Shown here: positions 55,946 through 64,000 of the stretch, one piece after another
Layout: every line of letters begins with the position of its first letter
Numbering within the stretch: position 1 is the stretch's first letter
From: Candidatus Anstonellales archaeon
GTDB lineage: Archaea > Micrarchaeota > Micrarchaeia > Anstonellales > J096
NCBI GenBank assembly: GCA_038890745.1
Contig: JAWAFD010000003.1
Coordinates: 77,375 to 141,374 of the forward strand
Length of the DNA stretch: 64,000 nt
Reading direction: 5' to 3'
Notes under the pieces: model-generated
What the model saw: only the letters and a program-made list of their open reading frames with translations
What the model was told of the DNA's origin: nothing
The model's database searches: none
Program-made: the position numbers and the translations under genes

Positions 55946-56827
55946 TTATATTTTAAGGGCGGCAAAAAGAAGGGCAAATAGGCCTATAAACATTGTGTAA
56001 AGCAAGACTGTTCTGGTAAACCGGGCATACTCTTGGGTTGGGTTTTTGTAAAAAGTAACTGCAAAATATATTATGGATGCATATGAGGCAAAAAGGGTGA
56101 TTAAGCTTATAGAAGAAATGGCAAGATAGGTAATAAAAGGATATACAGAAATGGGAATAAAAAGTAGGAGAAGCGCAGAGGCAACCATTGCAGCACGTTT
56201 TCTTCCTAATAGTATAGGAAGGGTCTTTGATTTTCTTATCTTCTTGTCCCCTTCCATATCTTCTATATCCTTTATTATTTCACGCGCCATTCCTATAAGA
56301 AACGCAACAAAAAAAAGCACGTATGAAATTGGAGCTATAGTCTGGGAAACAACATATGAGGCAAATACGAATGGGATGCCCATAGAAGCAGCAACCGCCA
56401 TGTTTCCTAAAACGGCAATGTCCTTGAGCCAGATGTTGTAAATAATCGAAAGAACAATAAAAACGAGTACCGTGGAGAAAGCGTTTTCATTTATATAAGA
56501 TGAAAGCATGAGGGCGATCGCAAAGCTTAGGAATGCAAACACCATAACCGATGTTTCGGTTATGGTCCCTCTCACAAGAGGCCGGTCCATTCTTTTGTTC
56601 GCCCTATCCGTCTCAACATCAAAATAATCATTGAGAGAAAATGCACCCATCTCTGCAAAAATAGGAACAAGAAGACTGATGATTATTATATCTGTTAGGT
56701 CAGGTGGATAGCCAAGAACGATGGATTCACCGATAAAAACGGCAAGGCCGAGCATGAGCGCATGGTCAAATCTCGTAAGCTTAAAGTACTCAACAATGGT
56801 TTCAAAAATTCTCATGAGTAAGTACAT
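55946..56827 (-). CDS. UbiA-family prenyltransferase, probably DGGGP synthase
   Basis: NDYFDVETDRAN..DRPL, REIIKDIEDMEGD, TLP; multiple TM segments. Confidence 0.88.
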   Translation of the reverse strand: MYLLMRIFETIVEYFKLTRFDHALMLGLAVFIGESIVLGYPPDLTDIIIISLLVPIFAEMGAFSLNDYFDVETDRANKRMDRPLVRGTITETSVMVFAFLSFAIALMLSSYINENAFSTVLVFIVLSIIYNIWLKDIAVLGNMAVAASMGIPFVFASYVVSQTIAPISYVLFFVAFLIGMAREIIKDIEDMEGDKKIRKSKTLPILLGRKRAAMVASALLLLFIPISVYPFITYLAISSISLITLFASYASIIYFAVTFYKNPTQEYARFTRTVLLYTMFIGLFALLFAALKI

Positions 56828-56878
56828 GCTGCGTATAATAATTGGAATGTTTTTAAATCCTTATCTCCAATCTAGTTT

Positions 56879-57700
56879 ATGAACTTTCTTATATCCGAAC
56901 CTCAATACAAAATAGAGGAAGCTGATGTTGTGGTCCTTCCGATAGCATACGAAGAGACCGCAAGTTTTAGGAAGGGGACGCGGAATGCGCCAAGGGAAAT
57001 AATAAAGGCAAGCCATCAGGTTGAGGAGTACGATTGGGAGATCGGAAAGGAAGCATGCTATGAAATAAAAATAGCCACTCATCCTGTGGTTGAGCTTGAT
57101 GGTCTTAAACCAGAAATGGCAATGAATAAAATTTCTCTCTTAGCCTCGAAGTTAAGAAATAAATTTGTTGTGACGATAGGTGGCGAGCATTCAATTACCT
57201 ATGGTATTTTGAGGGATAGAAAGCCGGATTTTTCCATACTTTACATAGATGCTCATCCGGACCTGAGGAACGAGCTTTATGGAAATGTTATATCCCATGG
57301 AACCACCGCAAGAAGGTTGATGGAGAGAGGGTATGATATTGTTTTTGTAGGTGCAAGGGCGATGAGCATAGAGGAGGGGCATTTTATAAAAAAGAACAAC
57401 CTAAAAATTTTCTACGGCAACAATTTCGAAATAGAAGAGGTTGTTTCAACATTGGGAGAAAATGTTTATATAAGCATAGACGCTGATGGGTTTGATCCTT
57501 CTGTGTTTCCAAGTGTCGGAACACCAGAACCAGGAGGAATAAGCTGGGAAAAAGGAATAGACTTGTTTAGGGCAGTTGCAAAAACAAGGGAGATAGTTGG
57601 GTTTGATTTTGTCGAGGCCGTTCCGGAAGAGAACAAAACAACCCAATTCGTAGGTGCGGAGTTAATATATAAATTGATAGGATACAAATTTTTTCTTTAA
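56879..57700 (+). CDS. speB: Agmatinase (ureohydrolase family)
   Basis: GGEHSIT, DAHPDL, SIDADGFDP, GTPEPGG. Confidence 0.92.
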   Translation: MNFLISEPQYKIEEADVVVLPIAYEETASFRKGTRNAPREIIKASHQVEEYDWEIGKEACYEIKIATHPVVELDGLKPEMAMNKISLLASKLRNKFVVTIGGEHSITYGILRDRKPDFSILYIDAHPDLRNELYGNVISHGTTARRLMERGYDIVFVGARAMSIEEGHFIKKNNLKIFYGNNFEIEEVVSTLGENVYISIDADGFDPSVFPSVGTPEPGGISWEKGIDLFRAVAKTREIVGFDFVEAVPEENKTTQFVGAELIYKLIGYKFFL

Positions 57701-57713
57701 GTTCTGACCTTCC

Positions 57714-58436
57714 TTAACCCTCCTTGAATTTTCTAAATAGATTCACAACGTCATTTTCCATATCTACGTAAGAACCGTAGCCGAATTCCTTATACGCCTG
57801 CAGAGCAAAAGGATGCGGGGTAAAATGCCTGACGCTTATGGTGAATCCCTCTATGTTTGCCGAAACAAAGGTTTCTCCGTGCTTTCCGTATACCTCCTCA
57901 AGCTTCTTCGAAGTAAGCGCATCCTCTTTTTTTACAATCCTGTTCTCTATATCTTCATGAACGAACGTGAATGCAACATTTTTTTCTTCAACCCCGCCAC
58001 ACACTAGGTTCTCAAGCTTGACCTTACCCGAAAATGAAACGCGTATTGTTTTCTCAAGAATTTGGATGGATGGATTCTCAAGCTGGAAATGGAGGTAATG
58101 ACTAAAAAAACCCAAACCCTCCTTTGAGGCTACATATTTAGAGAGAAGATTCAGTTTTCCATCTAAAAAATAAAGCGCTGTTGTTGAACCATGCGAAAAC
58201 CTCGGACTAAGCCTTTTTCCATCTACATGAATGGGCTGGAAGTATTCAAGAGGCCTTGCGAATGGCATCTTTGGCTCAAAGAGAAATATGTCGTTCCTTG
58301 AAAAAAATTCTCCGTAGCACGCCTTCTGAACCGATTCTATTTCAGATGAAATTTTTTTTGTATTCTCAAGCCATTCCCTATCCTTTTCTATTAAGTATTG
58401 AAGGTTTTTTGTGTAAAAAAGCGGGAGTGGGATCAT
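57714..58436 (-). CDS. Hypothetical protein
   Basis: ORF coupled by an ATGA overlap to the FKBP gene. Confidence 0.65.
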   Translation of the reverse strand: MIPLPLFYTKNLQYLIEKDREWLENTKKISSEIESVQKACYGEFFSRNDIFLFEPKMPFARPLEYFQPIHVDGKRLSPRFSHGSTTALYFLDGKLNLLSKYVASKEGLGFFSHYLHFQLENPSIQILEKTIRVSFSGKVKLENLVCGGVEEKNVAFTFVHEDIENRIVKKEDALTSKKLEEVYGKHGETFVSANIEGFTISVRHFTPHPFALQAYKEFGYGSYVDMENDVVNLFRKFKEG

Positions 58437-59080
58437 TTTTTCACTACTTCTACATCGAGCTCAGGGATGAGCTGTTTTGCATTTATAAGAATTAGTGCCT
58501 TTTTATTCTCGAAATCCTTATCATCGATCACAACCCTGGCTTTTTTGCCAGTGATTTTAACATCCCCCCTTGCTTCCAAATTCTCAAGAAGAAGGGTAAG
58601 CTTTTCTTCTGGCTTACTCGCAATTTTTAACACTTTGACTTTATACCTAACTTTTTTTCCGGCCAATGGATGGTTGAAATCAACCATAACCCTACCTCCA
58701 GCGCTGCTCTTAACCACCCCATAAATTCTGCCCGCATCGGTATCCATATGAAGAACAGTACCTGGTTTTGCATCAACACCAACCTTCAAAAAATCCTTCA
58801 TCGGCATTACTTTGATAAGGTCCTTCTTTCTCTCACCGAAAGCCTGGTTAGGTTCCAGTACAATTTCGCTTTCTTCCCCCTCTTTCATTTTTTCAATCAC
58901 CTTCATCAAACCCGGGATCATGATCGCTCTTCCAAAAACAATTAGCATGGGTTTTTCCTTGCCGTGGAGCTTTTTTGCAACCTCGCCCTTTGTGGAATCA
59001 AAAATGTTTCCTTTGTCGTCTCTTCCCTCAAACTCCATTAATACAAAATCTCCTTTGTTTACCATTCCATCCCCTACCAT
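58433..59080 (-). CDS. Long-type FKBP/SlyD peptidyl-prolyl isomerase
   Basis: GNIFDST, AFGER, VDFNHPLAGK; start may be 59065. Confidence 0.92.
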   Translation of the reverse strand: MVGDGMVNKGDFVLMEFEGRDDKGNIFDSTKGEVAKKLHGKEKPMLIVFGRAIMIPGLMKVIEKMKEGEESEIVLEPNQAFGERKKDLIKVMPMKDFLKVGVDAKPGTVLHMDTDAGRIYGVVKSSAGGRVMVDFNHPLAGKKVRYKVKVLKIASKPEEKLTLLLENLEARGDVKITGKKARVVIDDKDFENKKALILINAKQLIPELDVEVVKK

Positions 59081-59122
59081 TCTATTTTTAAATTTTTCAA
59101 ATATTTTTATAAGGGTGAGTGT

Positions 59123-60157
59123 ATGGAGCAGAAAACATTATTAAAGATTATTGTTGTCGCTGTTGCGCTCTTCTTTCTGCTTGAAAGTGTAGCAATGGTC
59201 GTAATCGGGAATCCAAGTAAGAATAAAACAATCGAGACATACGATGGGGCCGGGACGGTTGAAGTAACGGTGATAAAATACTACTCTTATCTTAAAACAT
59301 CGGATTATATCAACGAGACCTTGAAAAAAGACATTCTTGGAATTGATGGGGTTGAAAGGGTGGAGAGAGAAGATGGGACTACTGTAATAGCAGTCACAGA
59401 ATCAAAATATGTTTTTCCGGTTTACCAATTTTTAAAAGAAAGAGGCGTAAGCACGTACACGAAAGCACAGGTATACTTTCCGGGAGATATTATGCTGGGA
59501 GATAAGAAAGCATATCTTCAGGGAGGGGTAACAATCATGATGGAACCATTTGTAGAGGAAGGCCAGCGGGCAACCATGCTAATAAGAGGCAGAGTAGAAA
59601 ACGGAAAGGTTGTTAGAATATACGAGCTAACGCCGGTTGCTGAAAGAAAAGAGGTTGTTTTTAAAGGGAAGAGTGAAGAGGAAATAGGAAAAAAATATGT
59701 AATACTTCTACCCTGGGAAAACAGAACCCTTACTGCTTCTGACTTTGGCATCGCGGGCGAAAGCATTGAATACAGCAGAAATAATTACGTGATCATAGAT
59801 TCAAAAACGCCCATAGTGGAAAAAAAGAACTATGTAACGGCAATAGGTGAGGGAGCGATCATAGTGGAGCAAAATTTTACTGATAAAAATACTATTTTGC
59901 AGGATTATTCATCTTACGGAAGCATTTCATTTCCGGATTCCAAAATAATCCTTACTACAAATGAAACACTTGAAAACATCCCTTTTGAAGTAGAAGAATA
60001 TTGGCTTTACAGAGTAAGGGTTTTACCAGAAAACTACACATATCATGAGATTGTTATGTGGTATGAAAGTCCTGCTCCGCTTGAGGTCGGGGAAGAGGTA
60101 GAAATTCTAATGAATGCAACAGTGAGCGGAAGCGCGATTATTTCAGTTGAGGAATAA
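59123..60157 (+). CDS. Membrane-anchored hypothetical protein (beta-rich extracellular part)
   Basis: N-terminal hydrophobic helix; acidic beta-rich body. Confidence 0.65.
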   Translation: MEQKTLLKIIVVAVALFFLLESVAMVVIGNPSKNKTIETYDGAGTVEVTVIKYYSYLKTSDYINETLKKDILGIDGVERVEREDGTTVIAVTESKYVFPVYQFLKERGVSTYTKAQVYFPGDIMLGDKKAYLQGGVTIMMEPFVEEGQRATMLIRGRVENGKVVRIYELTPVAERKEVVFKGKSEEEIGKKYVILLPWENRTLTASDFGIAGESIEYSRNNYVIIDSKTPIVEKKNYVTAIGEGAIIVEQNFTDKNTILQDYSSYGSISFPDSKIILTTNETLENIPFEVEEYWLYRVRVLPENYTYHEIVMWYESPAPLEVGEEVEILMNATVSGSAIISVEE

Positions 60158-60649
60158 TTTCCTCACTCTTTCCTCTCCGCCTATTTTCTTTATGTAATCA
60201 GCAACTTCAGCGGGAACATGTTTTTCCCATCCTCTCCCCTTTACCATCAGGCTTCTTATGTATGTGCCTTCATTAACTCCGCGCTCATGTCTTCCTGTAC
60301 CTTTTACTAAGTATCCTGCGCTTCTAAAAATTCGTTTAACCCAATCGTTATTTGAAAAAACAACGTCTATTTTTTTGAGTTTTTTAAGAATGTTCGCGAG
60401 CCAAACCTCATCGTTTTCAACATCGTCTATAGCTACTATTTTCATTCTTATTTTGTTTTTCCTTGCCACCATTTTAAGCATCTTAATCCTCTCTGAAAGT
60501 GTGAATGGATTGTCTTTTTCAAAACTCTTGTTCGCGCTTCCTACTATCACAAAAATTTCATCGTATTTTTTTGCTATTTTTTTAAGCGCATAAAGATGAC
60601 CTTTATGAAAGGGCTGAAACCTACCTATAAAAACAGCTTTCATCATCAA
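60143..60649 (-). CDS. nadM: Nicotinamide-nucleotide adenylyltransferase
   Basis: GRFQPFHKGH, GSA, NPFT..ER, GT.IR, VP. Confidence 0.92.
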   Translation of the reverse strand: MMMKAVFIGRFQPFHKGHLYALKKIAKKYDEIFVIVGSANKSFEKDNPFTLSERIKMLKMVARKNKIRMKIVAIDDVENDEVWLANILKKLKKIDVVFSNNDWVKRIFRSAGYLVKGTGRHERGVNEGTYIRSLMVKGRGWEKHVPAEVADYIKKIGGEERVRKLFLN

Positions 60650-63600
60650 CCGGCTCCTTTTAATTTCAACTCAACAAGTTTGGACTCCCCTGCCACTCTA
60701 GAGACGCCTACAACCGCATTTGCATTAGAAATAACAATATCGTTATGACTTACAACGATGAATTGGGTTTCTTTGAGAGAACCCAGAAGCTCCACCAGCC
60801 GCTGGCTGTTGACCCTGTCAAGCGGCGCATCTACCTCATCAAGAATGTAGAATGGCGTTGGCTTTACAAACTGCATTGCAAATATGAACATGAGTGAAAC
60901 AAGTGCCTTTTCTCCTCCGGAAAGCGCATTGAGTGAGAGCTCCCTATCATTGACCACAACCTTTATGTATAACCCGCTGTTGAATGGATCCTCGGGTTTG
61001 TCAAGATAGAGATGGCCCTTTCCGATATCCAACTTTGAAAATAGCATCTTGAAGTTTTCATTCACCTTATTATAGGATTCAAAAAATGCCTCCTTTTTTC
61101 TTAGGTCTATCTCGTTTATCACTGATATTATACCTTCTTTTTCTTGTTTTAGTTTTTCTATTTTTGCCGCAACCTCTCCAACCTCGGCGTTCAGTTTTTC
61201 ATACTGCTGGGGCGCGGCAAGGTTTATCTCTCCTGATTCTGCGAGTATTCTGAGCTCATTTTCCGCCTGCTCTACCATGGATGCAAGCTCATCTCTAGTT
61301 CCTTCTATTTTTGAGAATTCGCTTATCCTGGCTTTTTCTGCGTTGAGGTCCTCGAGCCTTGTTCCGAGCGAAGCCATGAAAACCTCTATCTTGCTCATCT
61401 CCTTCTCAATCTTGGAAATTTCGTTTCTCGCTTTGTTATTTTCTGCACCCAGATTCTGAATCCTCTCCTCCATCTCATTGAATTTTTTCATTATGTCATC
61501 TATTTTTTTACCATGTCTCCTAAAATCTTCTTCACTCTTCTTTAGTTCCTCTCTCTTCTTTTCCAACTCGGATTCCATGGATTTTATACTCTCCTTCTCT
61601 CTTTCCATCTCCTCTTCAATTCTTTTGAGTTTTTCTTCAAGCTCCAAAATTTCGCTATTGATTCTTCCGATCTCCTCTTCATCAGCAGATACCCTTGCCT
61701 CAAGCGATGATTTTTTTGAAGCAAGATTTACCTTTTCCTGCTCTACGCTCTCCAATTGTTTTTTTATCATCTGTTTCTCAGATTCAAGCTCCCTTTCTTT
61801 TGAGGCAAAAGATGTTTCAAGCCCGTACATTTTTTCATAGAGCTTCGGGATCTCGTCCTCTTCCTCATGGATTATTCTTTGCAAATCTGCAATCTCGCTT
61901 TCAACCTCCTTTACCCTTCTCTCGTCTACATGCTCTTCACTTTCTGAAAGCATTCTCCTCCTTTCTTCCAGCGCAGATTTTCTCGCTCTTATCCTCGAAA
62001 GCTCCTCCCTCAGTTCTACGAGCATTTTCAAACTCCTTTCCCTTTCCTCTCTTATCTCGTTAAGTTCTTTCTCAAGCTCCTCAATCGCTTTTGCGGCGAC
62101 TATTCCCCTCTCCCTTCCTCCAGAAACAACACCGGAGATTTCAAAGAGCTCCCCATCAAGCGTAACCGCCCTTTTCTTTCCCACAAGCTTTTTTGCTTCA
62201 TCAAAATTTTTCACGAGTACCGTTTCTCCAAAAACATACTCCATCGCTTTTCTATATTTCTCATCAAAACTAATCATATTTATTATTGCATCCTTTTCTT
62301 TTATCTCATTTGTTTTTATCTCTTTTAGCGGAATGAATGTTGCCCTTCCGGCATTCGCGGCTTTCAGCTTCTCTATTACCTTCTTTGCAACATCCATATC
62401 CTCAACAACAATGTAAAGGAGCCTTCCTCCGCCTGCTGCCTCAACCGCGCTTGCTATTTTCCCATCAAAAGAAATGAGGTCAAGCACCTTTCCATGTATT
62501 CCTTTGACCGCACCGGACTTTTTCAACTCTTCTATAAAAAGAAGCGCTGGGTTTGCCCTGTGGGGACCCCCTGCTCTCTTAACCGCAAGCGTTTCCCTTG
62601 CTTTTAACATTTTCTTGTCAAGCTCCGCGATCTGTTCGTTTATTCTCTTCTCCTCAACAAAAGTGTTCCGGATCTCCTCGTCTATTTTTATAAGCTCTGA
62701 TTCTATCTCAGCAAGCTCGTCCTTTCCCGCAACACTCTTTCTTTTTAGTTCCTTAAGTAATTCTGTCTTTTCTTTAAGGATTGTTTTTCTTCCCTCAAGC
62801 TGAGCTTCTTTTTTCGCAATCTCCTCCTTTGTTTTCGCAATCTCCCTTTCAATTTCTCTCAATTCCTTCTCGACAGCTAATAGTCTAGTTTCATCCACAC
62901 CCCCAACCGCGCCGATTTTTTGGAGCTCTGCTTTGCAGTGGCGTATTTCATTTTGCATCTCCTTTATTCTCTCTTTTCTCTTTTCAATCTGGTCGTTTAT
63001 TTCCTTCTTGTTTTCAGCGCTTCTTATAATGTTTTTATTTGAAGAAGAGATTTTTTCTTCCAGAACCGCTATTTCTCTCTTAAGATGTTCAATCTTCTCA
63101 AAGGCAAGCTCTCTCTCCTTTTTTGCAGAAAGCTCTCTGGTTAAAAGCTCCCTTTCTCCGTATATTTTTTTTATCTCTTCTTCGATTTTTGCTATGCTTT
63201 CTTCTATCTGCTTCTTCTGTTGTTCTAAGGCGAGCTTCTTGTTTTTTTGCCTTTCAATATCTTTGGTTATTTTTTCAATTTCCATGAGGACAAGCGTTCC
63301 TCTTGCATTTGTCGCAAGCTCTTTGTTCTTTTTGTACAGCTCAGCCCTTGCCTTTTCGTTCTCGAGCTCCTTTAAGTAGTTTATTTTTTCTCCTAATATG
63401 AGGTTCGCTTCCCTTATCCTTTGCTCTACAATCTCCAATTCTTTCAACGCTTCTGCTTTTTTTCTTTCATACTCACCTATACCGGCGATTTCATCTATGT
63501 ACTGTCTTCTTGCCTTTCCACCCAAGGAAGAGATCCGCTCAACCTCACCCTGCGCTATTATTATTCTACCGGAGTGGTCAAGGTTGTACCCCCTCAAATA

Positions 63601-63951
63601 TTCTCTTATCGCATGCAAGCGCACCCTTTTCCCATTTAGCACATATTTTATTTTTCCATCGTTTCTTATCATTCTCTTTATCTCTGCTTTTTTCCCATCC
63701 TTTCCATTAAAATTGATAGTAACGCTCGCAAGCCTTGAGCCATGGTTTATAAGATCGCTTACCTTTTTCGCCCTCAGACCCTTTAAGCTTTTTTCCCCAA
63801 GCGCAAACCTTATTGCGTCGCAGATATTACTTTTACCAGAACCATTCGGACCGGCAAGAACATTTATTCCTGGCAGGAGCTTTATATCTGCCTTTTTGAA
63901 TGACTTAAAACCCCTTAGTATAACTTCGGATATGATCAGTTCGGGAGGCAT
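60646..63951 (-). CDS. smc: Chromosome segregation protein SMC
   Basis: GFKSF, GPNGSGKSN, hinge GRATFIPL/TLDG, LSGGE, ILDEVDA. Confidence 0.96.
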   Translation of the reverse strand: MPPELIISEVILRGFKSFKKADIKLLPGINVLAGPNGSGKSNICDAIRFALGEKSLKGLRAKKVSDLINHGSRLASVTINFNGKDGKKAEIKRMIRNDGKIKYVLNGKRVRLHAIREYLRGYNLDHSGRIIIAQGEVERISSLGGKARRQYIDEIAGIGEYERKKAEALKELEIVEQRIREANLILGEKINYLKELENEKARAELYKKNKELATNARGTLVLMEIEKITKDIERQKNKKLALEQQKKQIEESIAKIEEEIKKIYGERELLTRELSAKKERELAFEKIEHLKREIAVLEEKISSSNKNIIRSAENKKEINDQIEKRKERIKEMQNEIRHCKAELQKIGAVGGVDETRLLAVEKELREIEREIAKTKEEIAKKEAQLEGRKTILKEKTELLKELKRKSVAGKDELAEIESELIKIDEEIRNTFVEEKRINEQIAELDKKMLKARETLAVKRAGGPHRANPALLFIEELKKSGAVKGIHGKVLDLISFDGKIASAVEAAGGGRLLYIVVEDMDVAKKVIEKLKAANAGRATFIPLKEIKTNEIKEKDAIINMISFDEKYRKAMEYVFGETVLVKNFDEAKKLVGKKRAVTLDGELFEISGVVSGGRERGIVAAKAIEELEKELNEIREERERSLKMLVELREELSRIRARKSALEERRRMLSESEEHVDERRVKEVESEIADLQRIIHEEEDEIPKLYEKMYGLETSFASKERELESEKQMIKKQLESVEQEKVNLASKKSSLEARVSADEEEIGRINSEILELEEKLKRIEEEMEREKESIKSMESELEKKREELKKSEEDFRRHGKKIDDIMKKFNEMEERIQNLGAENNKARNEISKIEKEMSKIEVFMASLGTRLEDLNAEKARISEFSKIEGTRDELASMVEQAENELRILAESGEINLAAPQQYEKLNAEVGEVAAKIEKLKQEKEGIISVINEIDLRKKEAFFESYNKVNENFKMLFSKLDIGKGHLYLDKPEDPFNSGLYIKVVVNDRELSLNALSGGEKALVSLMFIFAMQFVKPTPFYILDEVDAPLDRVNSQRLVELLGSLKETQFIVVSHNDIVISNANAVVGVSRVAGESKLVELKLKGAG

Positions 63952-64000
63952 AAGGGTATTTGAAGGATTAGGTTTTTTAATATTTGCAAGACTAGGGGGT

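Noticed and set aside
60646..63951. SMC as a Rad50 or Wadjet-type defence ATPase
   Set aside because: It has a canonical SMC hinge and no zinc-hook CxxC, and no jet-like neighbours are visible; this is housekeeping condensin.
1..64000. CRISPR arrays, DGR/retron reverse transcriptase, prophage, transposases, rRNA
   Set aside because: No such repeats or motifs were recognised by eye; the only clear mobile element is the intein.

Overview
Archaeal chromosomal window. Evidence: archaeal-type ribosomal proteins (eS4, eL32, eL19), aIF1/SUI1, FBP aldolase/phosphatase, two tRNAs with bulge-helix-bulge introns, and TATA-box promoters with GGTGA Shine-Dalgarno sites. The compact gene packing, many orphans and K/E-extended r-proteins suggest a DPANN-type (Micrarchaeota-like) organism, but that is inference only. 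Housekeeping content: a clustered archaeal modified mevalonate pathway (IPK, UbiX, UbiD-like decarboxylase, two-subunit AcnX dehydratase), the rpl3-to-secY/adk ribosomal superoperon (no rpp29 in its usual place), YchF, GluRS, an HDAC-family protein, a DUF1998 helicase, class II RNR with a 351-aa intein, carbamate kinase, a UbiA prenyltransferase, agmatinase, FKBP, NMN adenylyltransferase and SMC. The most unusual feature is at 5.76-7.06 kb: two tandem units, each built as TATA box, a 26/28-aa upstream peptide ending FSFFFFPQ* or SLILILIPQ*, an identical 128-bp hairpin/U-tract element, SD, an orphan ORF and a U-tract. This looks like a leader-peptide attenuation or ribosome-arrest system. Other highlights: a four-way-junction RNA candidate at 52.97-53.09 kb, two candidate r-protein leader RNAs, a repeat-rich origin-like gap at 37.0-37.9 kb, a secreted MltB-type peptidoglycan lytic transglycosylase, a LysM-like membrane protein and paired transglutaminase-like proteins. 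All calls come from reading the sequence; no searches were run.
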